A DNA stretch of 37,793 nucleotides. Source: a virus (taxonomy: Duplodnaviria; Caudoviricetes). The position numbers and the translations under genes were made by a program. Below the pieces are notes generated by a model that was given only the letters and a program-made list of their open reading frames with translations, did not search any database and was not told where the DNA came from. This document shows, in pieces, positions 17,404 to 24,354 of the stretch. Every line of letters begins with the position of its first letter. The first letter of the stretch is position 1. The stretch is taken from positions 1-37,793 of the IMG/VR virus record IMGVR_UViG_3300038492_000435; one strand, 5' to 3'.

Positions 17404-17563
17404 CGCAATCGCTTCCTACTTCTAGATAATCCCACTTTCCAGCAGGGACGATGTGACGCACGCCCGCGCCTTCTTCCTCATGAAATAAGAGTGTTCCATT
17501 CTGGAAAGTCAGACCTTTAGCTTGGATTACGTGCTTTTCCCCACCTACGAATACAATATACAT
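17270..17563 (-). CDS. Hypothetical protein; C-terminal ~44 aa overlap the micro-protein in another frame
   Basis: 97 aa. The first ~50 aa look like a small beta domain and the tail is low-complexity acidic. Confidence 0.65.
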   Translation of the reverse strand: MYIVFVGGEKHVIQAKGLTFQNGTLLFHEEEGAGVRHIVPAGKWDYLEVGSDCDALQVVKSEEVPVQPEAGSSEEVCSAHPQGQEAPQESCSEEKSE

Positions 17564-17566
17564 TTT

Positions 17567-17899
17567 TTACACCTGTTTTACAATTTCAATTTCAATATGA
17601 GGGTACAATTCCTCTACCATCTTTTTTTTAGCTTTGAACTCTGCCGTTTCCATCCCTTTACAGTCAACCACTCTAACACTTCCATCCTTCCAGAATTCGA
17701 TGAAGTCGGCGCGATAGGTCACGCAACCAGGGAGGTCGAATAGGGGTTGCCGTAGAAACATGAGGAGCTCTCCCGACTTCTGGAGGGCTTTTAGCTTAGC
17801 GTAGTACCTCCCCTCGAGCTTGGAGGGGAATTTAATGCCGTCGCGCTCGACTGGTTTAGCCCCAAATTTATGCTGTAGCCTTCTAGTGAACTTAGCCAT
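17567..17899 (-). CDS. DUF1064-family PD-(D/E)XK nuclease
   Basis: KFGAKPVERDGIKFPSKLEGRYY, YRADF, VVDCKG, EFKAKKKM. Confidence 0.88.
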   Translation of the reverse strand: MAKFTRRLQHKFGAKPVERDGIKFPSKLEGRYYAKLKALQKSGELLMFLRQPLFDLPGCVTYRADFIEFWKDGSVRVVDCKGMETAEFKAKKKMVEELYPHIEIEIVKQV

Positions 17900-17960
17900 A
17901 CACCTTTATCGTCTGATAACTTATCTACTCATTTTATACCAACTCTTACCAAATCGGTTT

Positions 17961-18197
17961 TTAGGATTGTGGCCCTTCTGGTAGAGGCATCCAGCTCTCC
18001 ACATATCCCAAAACGGGACGAGTAGCGTCCACCTGTAGACTGTACCATTCTCCTCCTGACCACATCCCTGCATACACCATCATATCCTCCTCAGTGGGAA
18101 ACGACTTGAAAGACCCATACACTAGAACAATCTCCATGTACCCTGGAATCTTTTCATGTATGCCTATCCATTGCATTCCTACTTTCCGTTTCTCCAT
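17961..18197 (-). CDS. DUF551-like protein
   Basis: QWIGIHEKIP...VLVY...VESWMPLPEGP matches the W....LP / WMPLPEPP pattern. Confidence 0.8.
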   Translation of the reverse strand: MEKRKVGMQWIGIHEKIPGYMEIVLVYGSFKSFPTEEDMMVYAGMWSGGEWYSLQVDATRPVLGYVESWMPLPEGPQS

Positions 18198-18607
18198 AGC
18201 TTATTTTCGAGATACTGTGCTCTATCAGCGAAATACGCGGCTTCCTTCACATAGTCTTTGCTCTGCACAAAGTGGATGTAAGAACTTCCAGCAATTCTCC
18301 CGAGAGTACCTAAGCAAGCTCCTACGACGATTGAGTAAGGCCTTAGACCTGCAAAACCTGCAATGGCTCCCTCAATGGCTCCCACGGTCGCGTCACGGAC
18401 ATCGATATCTGTGATAAGCTTCGCCTCTTCTTCGGCCTTTTCCATGAAGATGTACATCTTTTTGATGCATAGATGGATCTCTAGCCAGATCTTATCACGC
18501 TCTTCCTTGGTGAGCCCCTCCTCATGCCAGTACCCTTCGGCATCGAATCCTTTTTCCATATCTATGGGGCACGAGAGTAAAGCAGCCCCGATTGCTAATT
18601 CGATCAT
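18179..18607 (-). CDS. Putative membrane/lipoprotein with glycine zipper
   Basis: Likely start MIELAIG at 18607 (ATGA coupling). N-terminal AALLSC and GAIEGAIAG...GACLGTLG zipper. Confidence 0.7.
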   Translation of the reverse strand: MIELAIGAALLSCPIDMEKGFDAEGYWHEEGLTKEERDKIWLEIHLCIKKMYIFMEKAEEEAKLITDIDVRDATVGAIEGAIAGFAGLRPYSIVVGACLGTLGRIAGSSYIHFVQSKDYVKEAAYFADRAQYLENKLWRNGK

Positions 18608-18753
18608 GCTACGCTCCACAGAATTTGTATGAGGGTGTAGGCAGTTCCGATCAGCACTGTGTCTCTAATCGCTTGCTTAACCGGCACGATTGAGGTGGCT
18701 GCTAACGTCCCCTCTGTGACACATAAGCCAAATAAAAAAACTAACGTATGCAT
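18604..18753 (-). CDS. 49-aa hydrophobic protein (not in the ORF track)
   Basis: MHTLVFLFGLCVTEGTLAATSIVPVKQAIRDTVLIGTAYTLIQILWSVA*. SD GGAGG and ATGA overlap with the next gene. Confidence 0.7.
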   Translation of the reverse strand: MHTLVFLFGLCVTEGTLAATSIVPVKQAIRDTVLIGTAYTLIQILWSVA

Positions 18754-18786
18754 GTAGCCTCCAAATGTAAAGCGGCTTTACATTGC

Positions 18787-19125
18787 TTATCTGAGGCACC
18801 AATGCCATTTTTTTGATTCTTCATCAAAAAATACACCGTCCAACTCCTTATGAATTTCTCCATTTGCTTCAATCTCTACCCCTTCTACCATAACATATTG
18901 TCCTAGCCATTCGAACTTTCTATATGCCTCGATAGCTTCCTCAATGGGTTGTATACTCTCCAAAACAGACATCCCTATGCTAACCGCATGTTCAAGTGCC
19001 ATTTCAAGGCATTCCTCCTTGCTCTTACCTACACCAAGAATTGTCATTTCGCCCTCTTCGTCATATTCCCTTTTGAATACGGCTACGAAAGTCCCATCAA
19101 TCTCTATGATTTTTGTTCTATCCAT
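18787..19125 (-). CDS. Hypothetical acidic protein
   Basis: 112 aa, SD AGGAG. Confidence 0.7.
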   Translation of the reverse strand: MDRTKIIEIDGTFVAVFKREYDEEGEMTILGVGKSKEECLEMALEHAVSIGMSVLESIQPIEEAIEAYRKFEWLGQYVMVEGVEIEANGEIHKELDGVFFDEESKKWHWCLR

Positions 19126-19162
19126 TATTGATATAGCTCCTAACTCTTTTAATATAACTCAC

Positions 19163-20113
19163 TCAGCCATAGGATATTTTATAAATACACGGCAATTTTT
19201 TCTCTATGTAATCTTTTAATTCATTTAAGCAATACGGATTGTCCAAATCGAATATTTTTACTTCCCGAGCTCCATCCGTGGAGATCTCCACATACTTGTT
19301 GAACATTTCAACCATCACATTTATCCCATTGGCCACTTTGGTTTTCTTCCCAAGGATCTTTGAGAAGGCTTTCCTAACTTTTTCCTTGTTGGTGGTGACG
19401 ATATCATCTGGCTCTTTTGGAGTCGGCATTTCTGGTTGGACCTTGCAAGCCCACTTCAAAGTCTTCAGGAAGGTGGTTTTTATGACCGTGGCTGGGTTTT
19501 TGCAGTACTCCAAGGCATGTACCACAGCCTTCTCCTCAAAATGCTCTGTAAGCCACTCTTTTTCGCTTCTTGGGATATCCTCATTTTCTAGACACGAAAA
19601 AACAGCAGCAGCATCGCCGTCAGGCGGTGCCAAATCCCTACATGGCATCCAACCTGAGTAGTCTTTCGGTTGCGAATCTGGGGGGGGGCTGTTGTTGTTT
19701 TCATTCTTAATTACAGTATCATTCTTGTTAGGGCCTGGTTTTACCGAGGTCGGTGATTTACCGATATCAGGAAAACCGCCGTTTCGGTGAAATTTTTTGA
19801 ATTCCTCTGGGGTGATAGGGTCTTCAAAGAAATTCCACTCCCATCCTTTGAGCTGCCCCGTCTTCTCATCTCTCGTTTTCAAACGGTATAGGTAACCGTG
19901 CTCCTCAAGCTCTTTAATCCCCGAATCAAAGGACGTTTCACCGTCCGATGCGTGTTTCATAAGTTCCTCTTTATAGAAGGTCCAGCTTTCAGGGCGTGAG
20001 AAGGCAACGGTGAGAATTCCTTTAGCCTTCCAGCTCAATCTCGAATCAAAGGCGATACTCTTGCTGAATCTTACGAATGGGTCGGATTTACGGTGTGAAT
20101 GGCAAATTGTCAT
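19163..20113 (-). CDS. Replication initiator protein (N-terminal winged HTH, lambda O-like organisation)
   Basis: 316 aa with DSRLSWKAKGIL...RPESW...GIKELEEHGYL. Internal P/G linker over iteron-like repeats. SD AGGAG. Confidence 0.85.
   Translation of the reverse strand: MTICHSHRKSDPFVRFSKSIAFDSRLSWKAKGILTVAFSRPESWTFYKEELMKHASDGETSFDSGIKELEEHGYLYRLKTRDEKTGQLKGWEWNFFEDPITPEEFKKFHRNGGFPDIGKSPTSVKPGPNKNDTVIKNENNNSPPPDSQPKDYSGWMPCRDLAPPDGDAAAVFSCLENEDIPRSEKEWLTEHFEEKAVVHALEYCKNPATVIKTTFLKTLKWACKVQPEMPTPKEPDDIVTTNKEKVRKAFSKILGKKTKVANGINVMVEMFNKYVEISTDGAREVKIFDLDNPYCLNELKDYIEKKLPCIYKISYG
19691..19800. other. Candidate replication origin inside the initiator gene
   Basis: Three tandem imperfect palindromes built on ACCG...CGGT or a variant at ~17-bp spacing (19740-19791), beside an AT-rich stretch (19691-19730). 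Confidence 0.55.
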
Positions 20114-20143
20114 GTCTTTTTCTCCTAAAAGAATGATTGGAGA

Positions 20144-20173
20144 TTGAAGACAAAACCGCGTCTGGTGTATATT
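20144..20173 (+). promoter_or_regulatory. Promoter for a candidate antisense RNA
   Basis: TTGAAG-18 bp-TATATT, pointing away from the rep start into its leader. Confidence 0.5.
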
Positions 20174-20179
20174 TAGACT

Positions 20180-20292
20180 TAAGCTTCAAGAGTTACTCCG
20201 ATTTAAATCCCTCACACTCTTGAACTAATCTTTATTTAGCGAAGACTAGTTTGTCTTATGAGGTCCCCCGGTTCGCTGGGGGGCTTTTTTTT
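20180..20292 (+). ncRNA. Candidate ~110-nt counter-transcribed RNA opposite the rep leader
   Basis: Promoter upstream, 9-bp perfect stem 20185-20193/20216-20224, small hairpin 20242-20257, plus-strand terminator. No plus-strand CDS nearby. Confidence 0.5.
20263..20292 (+). terminator. Rho-independent terminator (plus strand)
   Basis: GTCCCCCGG-TTCG-CTGGGGGGC followed by T8. The G-U pairs work only on the plus strand. Confidence 0.85.
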
Positions 20293-20357
20293 GTTCGAAC
20301 CGTTTGCTATCCTATCCTTTACAAGACGTTTCCGTCATCGCAAAAGTTATTTTTAAT

Positions 20358-20936
20358 CTAGTGCCCCTGAACTCGCTGGTTCACATCGTAATCTAGACCT
20401 GGTTTCACTTTGTCAAATCCATCATGGGAAAGAACAACTGAGTCCTCCATCTTGAAAAAGTGCGGACACCACCAAAAAATCATGTATGTCCTATTCGGAA
20501 ACCATAGGCTCAATTCGGATGGCTCATGAATCTTGAAAGCCACCTTGTTCTCTATGCAATAGTCATTCCATGTAAATAGGCACTCCTCATCTGGTAGATC
20601 GTACGGCTCCGTTAGGACAAAGAGAGGCCATCGGTCCCCTTTACGTCGCCACATCGTTGTATGATCAAAACCTTGTAGGTAGGTGCCCCTTGTCCCTTTC
20701 ATGTGGTGAGTTAGTCCACTTAGTCCGTAGCTGCAACCTGACCTAATGAATCCTGTTTTATCCATCCACTTGACATAGCGACAATTTTTCTCACTCCCTG
20801 AAACATCGCAATACTGTGCATCAGTGTTTATGTTTCCATATCTTTCATAAAAGCTATGTTTATTATCAGCTTTCACCCTGACAGAGCCATATTCTTCGTT
20901 ATTACTAAATCTAAAGCTCATTATGTTTTTACTCAC
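20358..20936 (-). CDS. Hypothetical protein
   Basis: 192 aa, GTG start with SD GGAGGG, motif FDHTTMW...PLFVLTEPY. Confidence 0.75.
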   Translation of the reverse strand: MSKNIMSFRFSNNEEYGSVRVKADNKHSFYERYGNINTDAQYCDVSGSEKNCRYVKWMDKTGFIRSGCSYGLSGLTHHMKGTRGTYLQGFDHTTMWRRKGDRWPLFVLTEPYDLPDEECLFTWNDYCIENKVAFKIHEPSELSLWFPNRTYMIFWWCPHFFKMEDSVVLSHDGFDKVKPGLDYDVNQRVQGH

Positions 20937-20957
20937 AATTTCCCTCCATATAGGGAT

Positions 20958-21281
20958 CTACCCCCCAGAATATGGGGAGCTCCCCCCCTTATTATATTTT
21001 TTCCCTGGGTAGGTCGGATACCCCCAGTCTCTTGCCTCTGTGACTACCGTGATACGCTCGCACCATTCACATCTTGATTTGTACATGCTACACACATGGT
21101 TCTCTCTCATATGGCCACCATTCTTTAGGGCACACGTCTTGCAAATCAGGTTGGGATAGCTATTAGTAAAAAGGGTCTTCCTCTCCTCGGTATTGGTGGG
21201 GCAGCTATCTAGAGGGTCGTCTAGCATCTCTATCCATAACCTTTTTACCCAGTCGATTGTTTTCCTCAATAATGTCTTCAA
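20958..21281 (-). CDS. Small Zn-finger-like protein (start may be 21227)
   Basis: CKTC...C...CEWC...RDWGYP. Confidence 0.65.
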   Translation of the reverse strand: MKTLLRKTIDWVKRLWIEMLDDPLDSCPTNTEERKTLFTNSYPNLICKTCALKNGGHMRENHVCSMYKSRCEWCERITVVTEARDWGYPTYPGKKYNKGGSSPYSGG

Positions 21282-21501
21282 TTGGCTTCCCTCCCTGTTT
21301 GCGTTCTCTGTTGATTTCCTCTCGAGCTTTTTCCCTCTGACGATTATTGATCCTATCCTGGTCCATACAGTTTAGCCTGTCCATGCATTGGACAAGAATA
21401 AGCATATCGTCGTTGCTTCTTGACTTCAGCCACCTCTCTTTTGCCCTATCATAGGCGGCAACTGAGTTCTGGTATTCTTCTTCTTGAGGGATCCGCTTCA
21501 T
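21205..21501 (-). CDS. Hypothetical charged helical protein
   Basis: 98 aa in the Cro operon. Confidence 0.6.
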   Translation of the reverse strand: MKRIPQEEEYQNSVAAYDRAKERWLKSRSNDDMLILVQCMDRLNCMDQDRINNRQREKAREEINRERKQGGKPIEDIIEENNRLGKKVMDRDARRPSR

Positions 21502-21522
21502 GCAACATAGTTGTTTGCCTGA

Positions 21523-21801
21523 TTACGTATCTGATTGTAAACCTTTTGCTTTCAGGCATGGGGATCCCCCCTTAGATTCTTCGGGCCAGATGGCTTCGCA
21601 GCGACATACATCGCCATTTGTGGCCTTCTCCACCTCTAGGGCATAGCGTCGGCTCATACGATGTTTTCCGCCGAGCACCTTGTAAAGGCTAGCGGCTGCC
21701 ATGCCGATGCTTTTTGCAAACTTGTACGGTGCAATATTGTTTTTGACTAACCAGTCCTTTAAGATCATTTCATCCTCCTTGGTAAGGGTGAGATGATACA
21801 C
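21523..21801 (-). CDS. Cro/YdaS-like HTH regulator
   Basis: LKDWL...YKFAKSIGMAAASLYKVLGG...ALEVEKATNGDV...WPE. First gene left of the divergent region. Start may be the ATG at 21769. Confidence 0.85.
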   Translation of the reverse strand: MYHLTLTKEDEMILKDWLVKNNIAPYKFAKSIGMAAASLYKVLGGKHRMSRRYALEVEKATNGDVCRCEAIWPEESKGGSPCLKAKGLQSDT

Positions 21802-21804
21802 AAG

Positions 21805-21853
21805 TTTCTCTTTTTTGTAACACTTTTCTCTTGCGCAGCTTTCTCTTTTTTGT
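21805..21853. repeat. 14-bp direct repeat TTTCTCTTTTTTGT x2 (candidate operators)
   Basis: Copies at 21805-21818 and 21840-21853. The second fills the promoter spacer. Confidence 0.7.
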
Positions 21854-21859
21854 TATAGT
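21831..21859 (+). promoter_or_regulatory. Early sigma70-type promoter
   Basis: TTGCGC-17 bp-TATAGT with a TGn extension, followed by SD AAGGAGGT. Confidence 0.75.
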
Positions 21860-21881
21860 TGTCACCACAAAGGAGGTAGCC

Positions 21882-22001
21882 ATGAATCCAAACTTTGATT
21901 GGTGGGAAGACATGCTTTTCGATGCATACATGAGAGAAAGTACAGAGGAAGAACTTGAGCAAGATGATCTAGAGGAGGGAGAACTTGAAGAAGCTAACTA
22001 A
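21882..22001 (+). CDS. 39-aa highly acidic peptide, candidate DNA mimic (not in the ORF track)
   Basis: MNPNFDWWEDMLFDAYMRESTEEELEQDDLEEGELEEAN*. SD AAGGAGGT, first ORF after the promoter, overlaps the bet start. Confidence 0.85.
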   Translation: MNPNFDWWEDMLFDAYMRESTEEELEQDDLEEGELEEAN

Positions 22002-22725
22002 AGAAGCCATTGAATTCATAAAGAAGCAGTACGCTGGGAGGTTCTCAGATGCTGATATTGAAAACATCATGCACCTGGTGGAATCCTACGACTTAGACCC
22101 TACGCAAAAACACTTCTACGTCATGCAGCGTGGGGGGAACGTGTGCATTCATCTAGGCATAGACGGATTCCGACTGATTGCTGAACGAACAGGCAAATAT
22201 TGCCCCGGCTCAGATACTCAATTCGTCTACGATGATAAAGGCGCTTTAGTCGGTGCCAAGGTCTTCGTGAAGAAGCTCACATCAGATGGCACGTGGCATG
22301 AGGTCAGTGCTACAGCTCTCCTTCGGGAGTATAGCACTCGAAAAGCTCTCTGGAACACTATGCCTCATGTGATGATTGAAAAATGTGCTGAGGCACGTGC
22401 TCTTCGTAGGGCTTTCCCTGCCCAGCTTGGTGGGATGTATTCCGAAGAAGAAATGCAGCAAGCTAAAACTACTAACTCCCAGATGATAGACCCTCCTGAG
22501 TCTACTGATAGAGGAAAGGATGTTTCGACCTCCCCAATCATCAGTGAGAAAACATGGGATACCCTGAATGAGTATCTTAATGGACATGATGACCTCCGCA
22601 AGCAATTGTGTGATCTATGTCAAACTACTGATTTAAGCCAAATAACCGAATATCAATTACCGGCGGTGAGAAAGTATGCAAAAATGTATTTTAAGAAATC
22701 AAGCACTTCCGAGCAGGAAGGTTAG
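21985..22725 (+). CDS. bet: Single-strand annealing recombinase, Bet/RecT family
   Basis: LDPTQKHFY, GIDGFRLIAERTG.Y, W..MPHVMIEKCAEARALRRAFP..LGGMYSEEEM. TTG start with SD GAGGAGG. Confidence 0.93.
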   Translation: MKKLTKEAIEFIKKQYAGRFSDADIENIMHLVESYDLDPTQKHFYVMQRGGNVCIHLGIDGFRLIAERTGKYCPGSDTQFVYDDKGALVGAKVFVKKLTSDGTWHEVSATALLREYSTRKALWNTMPHVMIEKCAEARALRRAFPAQLGGMYSEEEMQQAKTTNSQMIDPPESTDRGKDVSTSPIISEKTWDTLNEYLNGHDDLRKQLCDLCQTTDLSQITEYQLPAVRKYAKMYFKKSSTSEQEG

Positions 22726-22878
22726 GAAATCGGCGTGTCTCACCAATCCTACACCAGTGAGACACGCTGTAGAGGTTAATGCAACCATCTATCAACTTCC
22801 TCCATTTTGTAGCATAGGGGTGGAGAAAGGAGACACGGTACGGTACAACACTTACACTATTGAATACAAGGAGGATGT

Positions 22879-23160
22879 ATGTTGATGCTGTTTACACAAT
22901 GGGGTGATTACAATCTCGAGAACTTATCTAGGATAGATATATACTTTGCTCCTCACAAGGGGCTGTATGAGTGTTATATTTGCTTGGATAGCTTCAAGCA
23001 CTTGCTCTACGCCTTTCAAAGCGAAAAAGACGCTCACAGGTTCAGTCGGAGTATGCGAGAGGTCATAAGGGATAAGATGTTTGAAATAGATCCAGGTGAC
23101 TATATGAGCATTGATCTGAATACAGAGATAAATAAACAACTTGATAAATTGATGAGGTAG
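22879..23160 (+). CDS. Hypothetical protein
   Basis: 93 aa, SD AAGGAGG. Confidence 0.75.
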   Translation: MLMLFTQWGDYNLENLSRIDIYFAPHKGLYECYICLDSFKHLLYAFQSEKDAHRFSRSMREVIRDKMFEIDPGDYMSIDLNTEINKQLDKLMR

Positions 23161-23162
23161 CC

Positions 23163-24050
23163 ATGATCAAAGCAGGAATCGCGCAAAACTCCGACCTATG
23201 GAGACACTGGAGGAACCACCATATCGGAGCATCGGATGTTCCTATCATCATAGGTAAGTCAAAGTGGTGCTCTGCCTATGAGCTTTGGAAGCAAAAGGTT
23301 GGATTCTCGGAAGGTTTCAAAGGAAATTGGGCCACAGAGCGTGGGCAGCGTCTTGAACCAATGGTGTTGAGCCTAGTCAATGACCGGTACAATCTACAGG
23401 CTGAACCGGTCGTTGTTGTTCATGAAGAACTCGAGTGGGCATCGGCTTCTCTTGATGGACTGGACGAAGAAAAGGGAATCATCGTAGAAATCAAAGTCCC
23501 TGGTCTTGCTGACCATCAGAAATCTGAACAAGGAGAAGTTCCTGAGCACTACTATCCACAAGTGCAATGGCAACTTTTTGTGACAGGGCTAGAGGTATGT
23601 TACTACGTGTCCTATTACGAAAATGACTTTGAACTAGTAGAGGTCGAGCGTGATGACGCTTACATCAAAGACGAGCTCCTGGAGCCATGTGCTGAGTTTA
23701 TGCGCTGTGTCAAAGAGCTTGACGAGCCACCCAAGTCTGAAGACGATTTCACTACGATTACTGACCCAGCTTTTCAGGAATACGCGAGGAAGTGGCTAGA
23801 GACGAATGAGATGCTTCACCTTTACAAGGATAAAGAAAACTATTACCGTAACAAGCTCCTTGAGTTCACGGATGATGGCAATTGCGAAGGGTACGGAGTG
23901 CGTATCACCAGGATAGAGAGAAAGGGCGCTATTGACTGGCAGGCTTTCCTTAAGAAGATAGAGGAAGCTCACCCCGAAGTGCTGAAGGAAATCGATCCTG
24001 AGAGCTTTAGAAAGGAGCAAATTGGATACCCGAAGGTTACTGCAAAATGA
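23163..24050 (+). CDS. YqaJ / lambda-exonuclease family 5'-3' exonuclease
   Basis: QNSDLW..WR...IGASD, RGQRLEP, ASLDG, EIKVP, YYPQVQWQL. Confidence 0.93.
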   Translation: MIKAGIAQNSDLWRHWRNHHIGASDVPIIIGKSKWCSAYELWKQKVGFSEGFKGNWATERGQRLEPMVLSLVNDRYNLQAEPVVVVHEELEWASASLDGLDEEKGIIVEIKVPGLADHQKSEQGEVPEHYYPQVQWQLFVTGLEVCYYVSYYENDFELVEVERDDAYIKDELLEPCAEFMRCVKELDEPPKSEDDFTTITDPAFQEYARKWLETNEMLHLYKDKENYYRNKLLEFTDDGNCEGYGVRITRIERKGAIDWQAFLKKIEEAHPEVLKEIDPESFRKEQIGYPKVTAK

Positions 24051-24292
24051 ACGATGATCTACATATTACATTGGATGATCCAGTAATAGAGGTTGCTTCT
24101 GAACCTGAAGCTTTTGTCTTTATTGGTGAGATAGACGGAGAAGATAAAGAGCTAATTACCATGAGCGAACGGGGAATCGAATTCCATAGGGGTAATTTTA
24201 AGAACTGGACTCCGGATGACTTTGCTGAGGAGGTCATGAGTATATTAGAGTCTGGTTATCACATAAAATTTTGTAGGAATGGTAACCATTAA
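24047..24292 (+). CDS. Small acidic hypothetical protein
   Basis: 81 aa, ATGA-coupled to the exonuclease. Confidence 0.7.
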   Translation: MNDDLHITLDDPVIEVASEPEAFVFIGEIDGEDKELITMSERGIEFHRGNFKNWTPDDFAEEVMSILESGYHIKFCRNGNH

Positions 24293-24354
24293 AATTTCAA
24301 TTGAGTGCGTTGTAAAAATTTTATTTTGCATTGTTTTAGGAAGCGAAAGAATTT

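Noticed and set aside
18350-18385. GAIAGF resembles the influenza HA fusion peptide
   Set aside because: A six-residue match within a generic glycine zipper is expected by chance.
19680-19688. G9 homopolymer in rep as a phase-variation switch
   Set aside because: It encodes SPPP in a linker with the frame intact, and there is no evidence of length variation without reads.
21765-21962. 65-aa minus-strand ORF across the control region
   Set aside because: It overlaps the promoter, the repeats and the better-supported plus-strand acidic peptide.
22676-22885. 69-aa plus-strand ORF between bet and 22879
   Set aside because: No SD, it overlaps the end of bet, and its internal GTG is buried in a strong stem. 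A structured non-coding spacer is more likely.
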